Source: an uncultured delta proteobacterium (GTDB lineage Bacteria; Desulfobacterota; Binatia; Binatales; Binataceae). Taken from it: a stretch of DNA of 64,000 nucleotides. The notes under the pieces were generated by a model. The model did no database searches and had not been told where the DNA came from. It saw only the letters and a list, made by a program, of their open reading frames with translations. The position numbers and the translations under genes are program-made. Positions 19,607 to 29,382 of the stretch are shown piece by piece; the stretch's first letter is position 1; each line of letters starts with the position of its first letter. The DNA lies in NCBI GenBank assembly GCA_963711565.1, contig CAVQEQ010000003.1, positions 1 to 64,000 on the forward strand. Direction: 5' to 3'.

Positions 19607-20047
19607 TTAGTTGAAGCTCACTTCGAGCTTGCTCGACAGATCGAAAAATTCCTGGATCGATTCCATGAAGCGGTAGAGTTTGTCGTGACCGTCGGGGTCG
19701 TCGTACACAATTTTCAGACGCTCGCCGAAATGCGCGAGAGTGTTGATGTCGTGCGAGGAGTCGGCCTCGCCGTTGCGCCGGATGTTCTCGATCATCTCAC
19801 GCCACACGCGCGTGTCGCCTTCGATTTTGAAATCGACCTTCTTTAGATCGATCGCCGGCACTTCGCTGACGTTCTTCAGATCGAAAACTTCGAACTCGAG
19901 CACGAAGTTGCGGGCCTTGCCGTTGACGCCGACGCTGACGCCGAAGGTCGTGTCGATGAAACCGAGCCGCCGGAATTTTTCCTCGTTCGCGGCCATTTGC
20001 GCCTTGAGCGCCTCGAAATATTCGGTCGAAGGAAAGCTAATCGCCAT
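19607..20047 (-). CDS. Small SCP2 (sterol-carrier)-like protein
   Basis: FPSTEYFEALK N-terminus, beta-rich core, DFKIEGDTRVWREMI pattern typical of SCP2 folds; 23 bp from the next gene. Confidence 0.6.
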   Translation of the reverse strand: MAISFPSTEYFEALKAQMAANEEKFRRLGFIDTTFGVSVGVNGKARNFVLEFEVFDLKNVSEVPAIDLKKVDFKIEGDTRVWREMIENIRRNGEADSSHDINTLAHFGERLKIVYDDPDGHDKLYRFMESIQEFFDLSSKLEVSFN

Positions 20048-20176
20048 AAAATCGATGTCCCCGCCACTCTGCCAATAAATTGATCAATGCTGAATGAATT
20101 TACGGTTAAACGGCTAAAGAAGGCAAGGGACCGGCTCCCGACCTCGCGGCGGCGGCTTTTCACCCCGGCGCGCATG

Positions 20177-20214
20177 AAAAAAGTCCGGCGACGGTATCGA
20201 GCCGTCGCCGGACT
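20177..20214 (-). terminator. Rho-independent terminator of the DsbA-like gene
   Basis: AGTCCGGCGACGG/CCGTCGCCGGACT stem followed by a U6 tract on the minus strand. Confidence 0.85.
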
Positions 20215-20239
20215 GATTCGTTGCAACCTCGAGAACTAC

Positions 20240-21334
20240 CTACTGTGCCGATGCCTGCTTGGTGTTGCCGCCGGTCGCCAACTCGTCGTTGATCAGGTCT
20301 TGGAACTTTGGCGCAGGCTGCGCGCCCGTCAGCGGGCGGCCATCGATAAAAAATGCCGGGGTTCCGTCAACACCCGCTTTCTCGCCTGCGGCCTGGTCGG
20401 CTTTGACCAGAGCGTCGTACTTCGATTTGTCGAAGCACGAGTCGAACTTGGTCGTATTCAGCCCAAGGGTCTTGGCGGTCGTCTTCAAATCGGCGGGCGT
20501 CAGTTTGCTCTGATTGGAGAAGAGCGCTTCACGATATTGCCAGAATTTGCCCTGCTCGTTGGCACATCGCGCGGCGTTGGCAGCGTCCATCGCGTGCGCA
20601 TGGAACGGCAGCGGGAAGTCCATGTGCACGAGGCGAATCTTGTCGCCATACTGCCCGCGCAGGTCCTTCAGAGTGGCTTCGGTGGCCTTGCAGAACGGGC
20701 ACTGAAAATCGGCGAACTCGACAATCGTGACTGGCGCGTCCTTGGCGCCGAGGGTGGGATGTCCACTGCTGTCCACCGCGATGCGCTTGGGCTCGAGCAG
20801 GATCTTTACCGGCTCGTCCTTGCGCAGGCGTTCGAGCAGCGCCTGGCGATTCATCATCTGCATCAGCTGCGGTTTGATCTTGTCGTAAGGCGCGGCCCCT
20901 TGGCCCTTGTTCTTGTCGTAGAAGGCCTTCGCTTCGGCGTCGGTAACGGCCGATTTTCCGGAGTACTCCTTCTTGAGGTAGTCGTCGACGCTCAGCTTAT
21001 CGTGCTCGGCGGCCTGCTCGATCAGGTAGTCGTCGGTCATCGATTCCAACGTCTCGCGCCTGAGATCGAAGGTTTTGTCAGCGATCAGTTGATCGACGCG
21101 CTTCTCGAGCATCGCATGCATCTGATCGAGCTGCGGCTTGACCTTCGCGTCGAGATCCTTCTCCGTGATCTTGTGAGCGCCGACGGTGGCGACCGTGGCG
21201 TTAGGATCGTCGGCCCATGCGCGCGGTGCGGCGAAGGCCGTGCATACGAATGCGACGGCGGCGACGGCGGAAACTATGCGCCACGCGGATTCAAGGCGAT
21301 TTTGCCCTGGCTGATTCGTTTTGTTCAGTAGCAT
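20240..21334 (-). CDS. DsbA-family thiol-disulfide oxidoreductase with N-terminal SurA-like helical region
   Basis: Signal peptide, VATVGAHKITEKDL, EFADFQCPFC active site, GVDGTPAF cis-Pro loop. Confidence 0.9.
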   Translation of the reverse strand: MLLNKTNQPGQNRLESAWRIVSAVAAVAFVCTAFAAPRAWADDPNATVATVGAHKITEKDLDAKVKPQLDQMHAMLEKRVDQLIADKTFDLRRETLESMTDDYLIEQAAEHDKLSVDDYLKKEYSGKSAVTDAEAKAFYDKNKGQGAAPYDKIKPQLMQMMNRQALLERLRKDEPVKILLEPKRIAVDSSGHPTLGAKDAPVTIVEFADFQCPFCKATEATLKDLRGQYGDKIRLVHMDFPLPFHAHAMDAANAARCANEQGKFWQYREALFSNQSKLTPADLKTTAKTLGLNTTKFDSCFDKSKYDALVKADQAAGEKAGVDGTPAFFIDGRPLTGAQPAPKFQDLINDELATGGNTKQASAQ

Positions 21335-21461
21335 CGGATAATGTTCGAACTCCCTCGTTGAAGATAACCGCCAAATACTATCATGCGGCGAAGGCGATGT
21401 CGCGATGCCAAAACGGGGGGTTTGCCCAAGTCGCCGCGACTCCGCTACCCTGCCATTTACT

Positions 21462-21980
21462 TTGAAAACCAAGCTCGCATCCTCAATCGGCATGCTCGTC
21501 CTGGCTCTCATGTTCATCCCCGCGCAGGCGCGCGCGGCAGGCAACGCACCCGACAGCAAGCTCAGCGTTTTTGTGGATTGTCACTGTTCCGATCCAGTCG
21601 GCGGAGACTTCTGCTCGGCACTGAAGAGCAAGGTCGGCGATTCGGTCGCGTATCGGCTCGTCGATCACGCCGACGCCTACGGCATCGGCGTGCATCTGTG
21701 GTGCGTGGATTTGTTCACGGGACTCCCGGGCGTCAGCAGCAACCTCACAGGCACGATGTCCGCAGTGTCGGTCGCGTTCACGATCTACGCCGATCGGCTG
21801 CCGGGCGAAGTGTACGAGGATTCGTCCGTGTTTCGAGTCGGCAAGGACGCCGCCGACGAGATGTCGGATAGAATCCTGTCGGCCGTGGGTCAGTTGGCGA
21901 CCGCAAACAAGGCGGTATTCGAGCATATCCGCACAACTCCGAAACCGGTGGCAGCGCCGACTATGCATCCCGTGCAGTAA
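21462..21980 (+). CDS. Exported hypothetical protein (4 Cys)
   Basis: Signal peptide ending AQARA; VDCHCSDPVGGDFC; start uncertain. Confidence 0.65.
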   Translation: MKTKLASSIGMLVLALMFIPAQARAAGNAPDSKLSVFVDCHCSDPVGGDFCSALKSKVGDSVAYRLVDHADAYGIGVHLWCVDLFTGLPGVSSNLTGTMSAVSVAFTIYADRLPGEVYEDSSVFRVGKDAADEMSDRILSAVGQLATANKAVFEHIRTTPKPVAAPTMHPVQ

Positions 21981-22094
21981 CGCAAGGCAGCGCGTGATTC
22001 ACGTGTTCCGTCGCGCAACCATCTGCTAACCTCAGTGGTTGGCGCCTGCCTGCGGAATGCGACTGCCGGGGTCGTCATAGCAAGGAGGGAGAAC

Positions 22095-22857
22095 ATGCGT
22101 CGTTCGATGCGTACTGTGAGTTTTCTCATCGCCCTGGGTTTCGGACTGCTGTTGGCAGGATGCTCGACGAAGGCTGGATGGCAGTATCAGCCGAGCGCGA
22201 CCAGCGTCGGAACAACGCCGGTGCCGGTCACGGTTGCCGTCGAGCATTTTCAAGATCAACGCGGAACCGAGAACTCAAGATACTTCTGGCTCTGCGCAAT
22301 TCCACTCGTCCCGTACTGTTCGGCGAGCTACAAGCGACCTGAGAATGCCAACGGCTTTCTGACCGAGGCGGCCTACAACTTCCGCCCAAGCGACGACCTT
22401 GCGCAGGCGACGGGCGGCTGAACTCCGTCAGGCCAACTTGTTCCGCGAAGTCTTTGTGACCGACCGCACGGCGGATCCAAATGCGCAACTGTCGATCCGC
22501 GGCACCATAATCAACACCGATTGGGACGGCACAGCCTACACTTACCTGGTCAGTGGCTATGCCGGTCTGTTTTATATCCTCGGGCTGCCGATGGGTAACG
22601 TCCGGGGCTCGCTCAGTCTGAAGCTGGAACTGGTCGACAACTCGAATGGGCAAGTCTTGTGGACGAATGAAATCACCCAGAGTTACCAGAAGACCGAAGG
22701 GCTCTACTACAACTACGCGGAAGACTTCGGCTATCCGGAGATGTTCCGTGCAGGCATCACACCGGCGATAGCGTCGTTGCAAAGCTACGTCGCGTCGCGG
22801 CCGGCAGGTTCGTGGACCTATCACGGGGAGGCGGCACCTGGCGCATCGCAAAGATGA
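22095..22857 (+). pseudogene. Lipoprotein split by a +1 frameshift (pseudogene or sequencing error)
   Basis: AAGGAGG RBS, lipobox LLAGC. Removing one G from ACGGGCGGCT (~22412-22414) joins DDLAQAT to AAELRQANLFREVF. Confidence 0.75.
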
Positions 22858-22955
22858 TCTGCGTTCTGTCCAAAGGTTGAGCGCTGAGCGACCACTGCGA
22901 GAAGCGAGCGGTCCACTTCAACCGCCGCGGGTTTTCCAATAATTTCTAATCTCGC

Positions 22956-23036
22956 GCGAGAGTGGCGGAATGGCAGACGCGCTGGACTTAGGATCCAGTG
23001 CCGCAAGGCGTGGGGGTTCAAGTCCCCCCTCTCGCA
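22956..23036 (+). tRNA. tRNA-Leu (anticodon TAG)
   Basis: GCGAGAG/CTCTCGC acceptor, CTGGA-CTTAGGA-TCCAG anticodon arm, long variable arm, GGTTCAAGTCC T-loop; CCA not encoded. Confidence 0.95.
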
Positions 23037-23160
23037 TAGTTAAAAATCATCACACAACCGAAGGAGACTCTGCCGCAGAGAATTGCGGACAAAATCGTCG
23101 TTGCTCGCTGACCCTACCGATAGTATGGTCACTTATACTGAGTGTAGGAGAATTAACCCG

Positions 23161-23676
23161 ATGCGGGTATGGACTAGGTTAGTCGCTTTGTCGGCCATTT
23201 GCTTGCTCACCAGTTGCGCCACAGCGTACCAGCCTGACGGCATCGCGGGCGGATACTCCGATCAGCGGATGGACGGCAACACCACGCAGGTTTCTTTCCG
23301 TGGCAATCGGTTTAATTCGCCCGAGATGCTTCAGTCCTACCTGCTCAGAAGGTGCGCGGACATTACTCTGGAGAATGGCTACAACCACTTTGTGCTGACC
23401 AAGGAAATCACCAATATCTACGGCCCGAACGGGGACACCGAATATAGCGCCAGCACGACGATCAAAATGTTCAAAGGTGAAAAACCTGAGTCTGACGCCC
23501 ACGCGTACGATGCAGCGGCCATAGTCAGAAGCGTTCCCGTTGACGAAGGTGAGAATCCCGAGGCGACGCCTCCTCCGGTTTCCATAGCGAATGCAAGCGC
23601 GGCATCCGCCGCGCCCATCCCTGCCGTGAATCCGAACGCCCTGAACAACGAACCTCCGCCGTTCGAGCATTTCTAA
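23161..23676 (+). CDS. CC0125/CC1285-like lipoprotein with Pro/Ala-rich tail
   Basis: Lipobox LTSC then ATAYQP..GGYSD..VSFRGNRF..YLLRRCADITLENGY. Confidence 0.75.
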   Translation: MRVWTRLVALSAICLLTSCATAYQPDGIAGGYSDQRMDGNTTQVSFRGNRFNSPEMLQSYLLRRCADITLENGYNHFVLTKEITNIYGPNGDTEYSASTTIKMFKGEKPESDAHAYDAAAIVRSVPVDEGENPEATPPPVSIANASAASAAPIPAVNPNALNNEPPPFEHF

Positions 23677-23698
23677 GGGCGGCATCCTCGAATGGTGA

Positions 23699-23730
23699 GG
23701 GGCGCTCGCGTAATTGCGAGCGCCCCGTTT
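23699..23730. terminator. Hairpin terminator between convergent genes
   Basis: GGGGCGCTCGC-GTAATT-GCGAGCGCCCC followed by GTTT. Confidence 0.7.
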
Positions 23731-23741
23731 GCGTATGCGGC

Positions 23742-24431
23742 TTATTGTTCGGGCACCAGTTCGACGCGGCGGTTCTGCGCGCGTCCTTCGGCAGTATCGT
23801 TGGTCGCAACGAAATCGGTCTTGCCGTAGCCGTGTGGATGCAGCTTGCTCTCGCTGACTCCGTCCTTGACCAGGTAATCCACGACCGCATTCGCGCGCCG
23901 ATCGGAGAGCCTCAAGTTGTAGTCCTCGCCGCCGATAGCGTCGCAGTATCCATTGACGTCGATATCAACGTCGGGATTGTTCTTGAGCGTTGAGGCGGCT
24001 TCGTCCAGCACGGCCGCATCGCCGGGTCGGATGTTCGATTTGTTGAAATCAAAGTGCACGCCGCGAAGCACCAGCTTCTCCTTCACCGGCGGAGGCGGCG
24101 GAGGTGGTGGCGGCGGTGGGGGAGGAGGCGGTGGCGGAGGCGGCGGCTGAACGATTGGATCGCAATAGTAATGACCCGCGACGCCGCCGATTACCGCGCC
24201 GATTCCCGCACCGGCGATTGCTCCGGCGATAATCCTGGAGCGCGAGCCGTTCGTGTCCTGGCTGGCCTCGGCGATGCCAAAGCCGGCGCCCGTGCCGATC
24301 AGCGCGCCCGCAGCGGCGCCGTAAACGGTGCACCAGCCCAACTCGCGTTGCTGTGCGCATCCGCTCAGGAACAGAGCGATGGCGGCAACCGCCGGCAACA
24401 GAAATGACGAGATACGCGATCGAATTTTCAT
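23742..24431 (-). CDS. OmpA-family peptidoglycan-binding lipoprotein with glycine zipper and Pro20 linker
   Basis: Lipobox LSGC, GAxxGA zipper, GVHFDFNKS, YNLRLSDRRA, GRAQNRRVE. Confidence 0.9.
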   Translation of the reverse strand: MKIRSRISSFLLPAVAAIALFLSGCAQQRELGWCTVYGAAAGALIGTGAGFGIAEASQDTNGSRSRIIAGAIAGAGIGAVIGGVAGHYYCDPIVQPPPPPPPPPPPPPPPPPPPPVKEKLVLRGVHFDFNKSNIRPGDAAVLDEAASTLKNNPDVDIDVNGYCDAIGGEDYNLRLSDRRANAVVDYLVKDGVSESKLHPHGYGKTDFVATNDTAEGRAQNRRVELVPEQ

Positions 24432-24609
24432 GTCCCCTCCCACCAAGTCGATCTGTGACGTCGCCGAGCACATCTGCGCGCGCAGAAGCCTCCGCTCAGC
24501 GAACGGCGTCACCCTAGTTCAGAACGATGTCGAAACAATTAGTTGGGGATTAATAGAATGTGACGTGAGTGCGGGCTGAATATCGAGTTGTTAACAACGC
24601 GGGCGTCAG

Positions 24610-26475
24610 TCAGATGGTCAGGCTTTGCGCTTCCCACAGCGCGCGGAAGCGACCGTCGCGCTGCGCGCTTAGCGACGACCAATCGCCTGACTCGACGACC
24701 TTGCCGCCTTCGACGACGTAAATCAGATCGGCCCATCGGATGGTCGAGAGGCGATGCGCGATCAGCACGACGGTGAGTTCGCCGCGGCGGCTTTCGATCG
24801 CGTCGAGCACGCGTCCTTCGTTTTCGGAATCGAGGCTGTTGGTCGCCTCGTCGAGGATCAGCATCGAAGGGCGGCGCAGGAATGCGCGCGCGAGTGCGAG
24901 GCGTTGGCGCTCGCCCTGCGACACCATCATGCCGCGATCGCCGACGATAGTATCGAGTCCGTCCTTAAGTCCCGCGACGAAATCGAACGCCGCCGCCTGC
25001 CGCAGCGCCGCCAGCATTTCGTCTTCGCTCGCATCGGGCCGCGCCCATTTGAGGTTCGCACGAATCGTGTCGTGAAAAAGAAAAGTGTCGGGCGCCACGT
25101 AGCCAATCTGATCGCGCCATCCGCGCACGCCTTCGGGTCCGAGCGGCCGGCCGTCGAGCCTGAGCGTCCCCGAATCGGGCAGGACGAGACCCATCAGGAT
25201 GTCGGCGATAGTGCTCTTGCCGGCGCCTGACGGCCCGACCAGCGCGACGACTTTGCCGGCGGGAATCACCAGGCTCAGATCCCTGACGGCGGGAATGCGC
25301 CCTTCGCTGTAAGTGAACGACACGCCTTCAGTGGCAAGTTCGCGGGTGAGCGACAGGCGATCGTGTGGATGCGCGGCAGGCTCGGCCGCGGCGGCGCATC
25401 GCCCTTCGATATCGAGCAGGTTGTTGAACGACGGCAGCATATTGACGAAGGCGCGGTAGTGGTACTGGCCGGTCATGATTCGCGGCATCACGCGCGCGAA
25501 CAGCAGTAGCAGGATCAGGATTGCCGCGGGCGGCACTGCCAGCACTCGAATCGAGACGAACAGCACGACGGCGAGAATTATCCACGAGCCGAGCTCGAAC
25601 CAGGTTGCGGCGACCGCCTGCTGACGGGCACCGTCAACGTTGGCGCTGACGACATCGGCGCTGAGCGCGGAGAAGATCGAAAAATTGCGCTCCTCGGCGC
25701 CGTAGGTCTTGGCCGCTTTGAGGCTCTGCAGATGCTCGATGGTGGCGGCGTAGAGCGTTTTACTGGTGTTCGAGACTTCCTCGCCCTGCGCTTCGATAGC
25801 ATGCGTGCGTCCGCGAAAGACGAAGGTCAGCATCGCGCCGGAAATCAGCACCAACGCAGTCATCCCGGCCGACAGCGCGAACGCGATCGCCATGTATAAG
25901 GTTAGGAGGACGACCTCGCCGGCGAATACGAGGGCGAGATTCGTGCCGCTGCCGACCCGGTAGATTTCGTGGGTCAGCGCGTGCGTGAAATCCGAAGCGC
26001 GGCTGCGGCATACGAACAACCAGTTCGCCTCGGCAATCGAATGATACAGGCGGCGGCGCAGATGATGCTCGACTTCCTGCTGAACCGCGTACATCCCCAC
26101 GCTCTGGATCTGTCCGAGCACCGTCCGCGCGCCTACCAGGGTCACGAATAAGCCGAGGAGAAGAATCAAAGTCGGATGCAACCCGATTGCAACGAATGCG
26201 TTCGAAACCATCGCCGCGTATTTTCCGGCTGCGCCCTGCCCCACCATGTTGAAGCCGGCCACCTGCAAGGTAGGAAGCAGCAGCGCGAAGCCGATGCCCT
26301 CGCTCAACGAGAACAGGACGGTCACGACGATCACGCCGATCAGATGCCAGCGCGAGACCTGGATCAGCATCGCGAAATAGGACCGCAGCGTGCTTTTCTC
26401 AGCCCCGTCCGCGCGACTATCGGCGATGGGTTTGGCCGCGACTATTGTGGACGTCGTCGAGATTGTCTTTTCCAC
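24610..26475 (-). CDS. ABC exporter, fused permease/ATPase
   Basis: GPSGAGKST, VSQGERQR, LILDEAT, IAHRLST; N-terminal TM domain. Confidence 0.9.
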   Translation of the reverse strand: MEKTISTTSTIVAAKPIADSRADGAEKSTLRSYFAMLIQVSRWHLIGVIVVTVLFSLSEGIGFALLLPTLQVAGFNMVGQGAAGKYAAMVSNAFVAIGLHPTLILLLGLFVTLVGARTVLGQIQSVGMYAVQQEVEHHLRRRLYHSIAEANWLFVCRSRASDFTHALTHEIYRVGSGTNLALVFAGEVVLLTLYMAIAFALSAGMTALVLISGAMLTFVFRGRTHAIEAQGEEVSNTSKTLYAATIEHLQSLKAAKTYGAEERNFSIFSALSADVVSANVDGARQQAVAATWFELGSWIILAVVLFVSIRVLAVPPAAILILLLLFARVMPRIMTGQYHYRAFVNMLPSFNNLLDIEGRCAAAAEPAAHPHDRLSLTRELATEGVSFTYSEGRIPAVRDLSLVIPAGKVVALVGPSGAGKSTIADILMGLVLPDSGTLRLDGRPLGPEGVRGWRDQIGYVAPDTFLFHDTIRANLKWARPDASEDEMLAALRQAAAFDFVAGLKDGLDTIVGDRGMMVSQGERQRLALARAFLRRPSMLILDEATNSLDSENEGRVLDAIESRRGELTVVLIAHRLSTIRWADLIYVVEGGKVVESGDWSSLSAQRDGRFRALWEAQSLTI

Positions 26476-26692
26476 GAATTACAACTGTCCGAGCGGCACA
26501 GACGATGCGACGATTGCTCTAAGCGTCAGAACCCTTTACATCGCGAGTGAAAGCGACACGAGTTTACCGGGCGTCAAGGTCACGGGCAAGCCGGGGGCTC
26601 CGTATTCGACGGATCGCAACAGCAGGTAGTTAAAACCGGAGCCTCTTTGATAAAGCATGCCGAGGAGGTTCTGCTCAAAGATGCCTGGAGGA

Positions 26693-28582
26693 ATGCCGCC
26701 TCTTATTCCTCGTGAAGTGCTGCTCGGCAACCCGGAACGATCGCAGCCCATGCTTTCGCCCGATGGCATGCGCATCTCGTACCTCGCGCCAGACGAGGGC
26801 GATGTTCTGCAGGTCTGGGTGCGTACGCTTGGCAAGAGCGACGATCGATGCGTCAGTGCTGAGCGGCGATCAATTCAGACCTACGAATGGGCTTGGGACT
26901 CGAACACCGTCCTCTACCGCCAGGATAACGAAGGCGACGAGAACTTCCACGTCTATGCCATCGATCTGGAGACTGGCAACGTCCGCGACCTGACACCGTG
27001 GAATGGCGTGCGATGCCAAAACACGATGACGAGCTCAAAGCGGCCCGCCGAGATTCTAGCCGTGCTCAATGTTCGCGACCGTCGGCTGATGGACGTATGG
27101 CGGATAGACCTGCGAACCGGCGCGGCGACGTTCGACGTGGAAAATCCTGGGGACGTTGAACGGTGGGTGGCCGATGATGACCTCGTGGTGCGCGCCGTGC
27201 GAGCACGCACCCCCGATGACGGTTTCGAAGTGCGCGTGCGCACCGATTCCGCATCGCCGTGGCGGACGCTCCTGCGCACCGCGCCCGATGGATGGGTACT
27301 TCCTATCGGCTTCAACCAGGATGGGCGCGACCTCTTGCTCCTTTCGTCGCTTGGAAGCGATACCATCCGAGTGGTCGCACGCGAGATCGAGTCGGGTAGT
27401 GAGAACGTAGTCGCCGCGATGGACGGCCTCGATGCTGACCGCGTGATGATCAATCCGACTCGCCACGTGATCGAGGCGGTAGCGTTCGAACCTGGACGAC
27501 GGCAATGGAGCGTGATCGATCCCGGCATCGCGGCGGACTTCGACGCGATCCGCAGCCTCGATGACGGCGACTTCCGCATCGCCAGCCGCGACTTTGACGA
27601 TCGCAAGTGGATCGTCGAGTTCCAGGGCGCTCACCGTTCGACCAAGTGCTTCCTGTGGGACCGCGCCGCGAAGAAGGCGGACATTCTGTTCAGCGATCGA
27701 CCCGAACTCGACCAGCTTCAACTCGCCGAGGTCCGTCCGATCAAGTATCGTGCGCGCGACGGAATGGAGATGCATGGCTACCTGGCGATACCTGCCGGAC
27801 TCGAGCCGCGAAATCTACCGCTCGTACTCAATGTCCACGGCGGGCCGTGGCTGCGCGATTACTGGACATTCAACTTGTGGACACAGCTTCTTGCTAATCG
27901 CGGCTACGCGGTGCTTCAGCCAAACTTTCGCGGCTCGATGGGATACGGGATGAAGCATCTCCACGCCGGCGATCGGCAGTGGGGCCGCGCGATGCAGGAC
28001 GACCTGACCGACGCGGTGAGATGGGCGGTTGACGAGGGCATCGCCGACCGAGAGAGGATCGCGATCATCGGACTTTCGTACGGCGGCTATGCGGCGGTCG
28101 CGGGCGCAGCCTTCACACCCGACCTCTACAAGTGCGCTATCGACCTGTGCGGCAATTGCAATCTGTTCACGATGATCAGATCGTTTCCGGCCCATATTGC
28201 AATGCGCGCTCTGTGGAATGCGCGGGTGGGAAATCCCGACGACCCGGCAGATGAGGAGTTGCTGACGAATGCGTCACCAATATTCGCGGCGGATAGAATT
28301 CGGATTCCGCTTCTGATCGCGCTAGGCGCCAACGACGCGCGCGTCAAGCAGTCCGAATCCGAACAGATCGTGGCGGCGATCGAGAAGAACGGCGGCACCG
28401 CGACGTATGTGCTCTACTCCGATGAGGGCCATGGCATAACTCGCCCCGCCAACCGGATGGATTTCCTGGCGCGTGTGGAAAGATTCCTCGCCGAGCATCT
28501 GGGCGGCCGCTACGAACCGATGGACGGTGAGCGAATTGCGGGCTCGTCAGCGATCGTAAGGGTGGTCGGTCCCAAGCGATAG
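26693..28582 (+). CDS. S9 family peptidase (dipeptidyl/acylaminoacyl peptidase)
   Basis: Propeller region, VHGGPW, GLSYGGY nucleophile, GANDARV Asp, DEGHG His. Confidence 0.9.
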   Translation: MPPLIPREVLLGNPERSQPMLSPDGMRISYLAPDEGDVLQVWVRTLGKSDDRCVSAERRSIQTYEWAWDSNTVLYRQDNEGDENFHVYAIDLETGNVRDLTPWNGVRCQNTMTSSKRPAEILAVLNVRDRRLMDVWRIDLRTGAATFDVENPGDVERWVADDDLVVRAVRARTPDDGFEVRVRTDSASPWRTLLRTAPDGWVLPIGFNQDGRDLLLLSSLGSDTIRVVAREIESGSENVVAAMDGLDADRVMINPTRHVIEAVAFEPGRRQWSVIDPGIAADFDAIRSLDDGDFRIASRDFDDRKWIVEFQGAHRSTKCFLWDRAAKKADILFSDRPELDQLQLAEVRPIKYRARDGMEMHGYLAIPAGLEPRNLPLVLNVHGGPWLRDYWTFNLWTQLLANRGYAVLQPNFRGSMGYGMKHLHAGDRQWGRAMQDDLTDAVRWAVDEGIADRERIAIIGLSYGGYAAVAGAAFTPDLYKCAIDLCGNCNLFTMIRSFPAHIAMRALWNARVGNPDDPADEELLTNASPIFAADRIRIPLLIALGANDARVKQSESEQIVAAIEKNGGTATYVLYSDEGHGITRPANRMDFLARVERFLAEHLGGRYEPMDGERIAGSSAIVRVVGPKR

Positions 28583-28616
28583 CCGCGCGAATGCGTGTCG
28601 GCTGGTGTGCGAAACT

Positions 28617-29348
28617 CTATTTCGCTGATGGCGCCGTCACCTTTAGCCATTTACGCGCGGCGACCTCGGCGTTGGCCTTCTTGACCGCTTGCTCGACTCC
28701 CTCGACCGTGCGCTTAAAAAACTCCGGACCTGCTTCGATGACCCATTCGCCAATACTGTGCGCTGGCAGGAGTCCCCGCTCCTGAAGCGTCTTTTCAGTG
28801 TCATAGGCGAGAATCGCACCGGTGACGACCGCTCCAGCCACGTCGCCAACATCCAGCTTCTTGACGTTTTGATCCTGCAGAGCCGCGGCGAACGACACAC
28901 TGGAAGCGTTCATCAGCATTGCATTTCGGAGCGCGACGGTCCCGACATTTCTCATGGTCTCCACCGAGAGTTCCTGCTCGCCGCCGACGCCGACCAGCAA
29001 GACTCCTTTTGCCTTGATGCTGTTTGGCGGCGAATCGAAGTAGAGCGTTTCGAGCGGATAGCCTGCAAACTGATCGCTGTCGCGCAGTTGCTGGATGATT
29101 CCGCCCAGTTCTCGATCGAAATCGACGACCGCGGCCAACGTCGTGTCTCCGGTGGACTTGTGCTTCAGGAAGCAAATGACCTGAACCGAGCTGGGCTGGC
29201 CGCCGGGAACTACTTCCTTGACCTCGATTCGGAGATGGTGCGCGCCTTCGAAGGATTTCTCGGGCACCGAGGCTGGCTGGGCCAACCCCCTTCCCGGCGA
29301 AAACAGCAACGAGGCGCATAGAATCGGCACCATAAAAAGAGTTCTCAT
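28617..29348 (-). CDS. Exported protein consisting of an M17 aminopeptidase N-terminal-like domain only
   Basis: Signal peptide; LGGIIQQLR..FAG..LETL..IKAKGVLLVGVG..MRNVG pattern; no catalytic M17 domain. Confidence 0.65.
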   Translation of the reverse strand: MRTLFMVPILCASLLFSPGRGLAQPASVPEKSFEGAHHLRIEVKEVVPGGQPSSVQVICFLKHKSTGDTTLAAVVDFDRELGGIIQQLRDSDQFAGYPLETLYFDSPPNSIKAKGVLLVGVGGEQELSVETMRNVGTVALRNAMLMNASSVSFAAALQDQNVKKLDVGDVAGAVVTGAILAYDTEKTLQERGLLPAHSIGEWVIEAGPEFFKRTVEGVEQAVKKANAEVAARKWLKVTAPSAK

Positions 29349-29382
29349 TCCGAGCCTCCTTGAATGCAGACCGAGATAGTCT

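Noticed and set aside
17216-20047. Calling the ferritin-like pair sMMO, PaaAC or ribonucleotide reductase R2
   Set aside because: No reductase, coupling protein, PaaB/D/E or R1 gene nearby and no family-specific motifs recognised; only the general architecture is shared
23037-23700. Genomic island at the tRNA-Leu 3' end
   Set aside because: Slightly AT-richer by eye, but no integrase and no duplicated tRNA 3' end was found downstream
24610-28582. ABC exporter plus S9 peptidase as a lasso-peptide/RiPP cluster
   Set aside because: No precursor, cyclase, RRE/PqqD or leader peptidase is visible nearby, and the peptidase looks like a generic S9 enzyme
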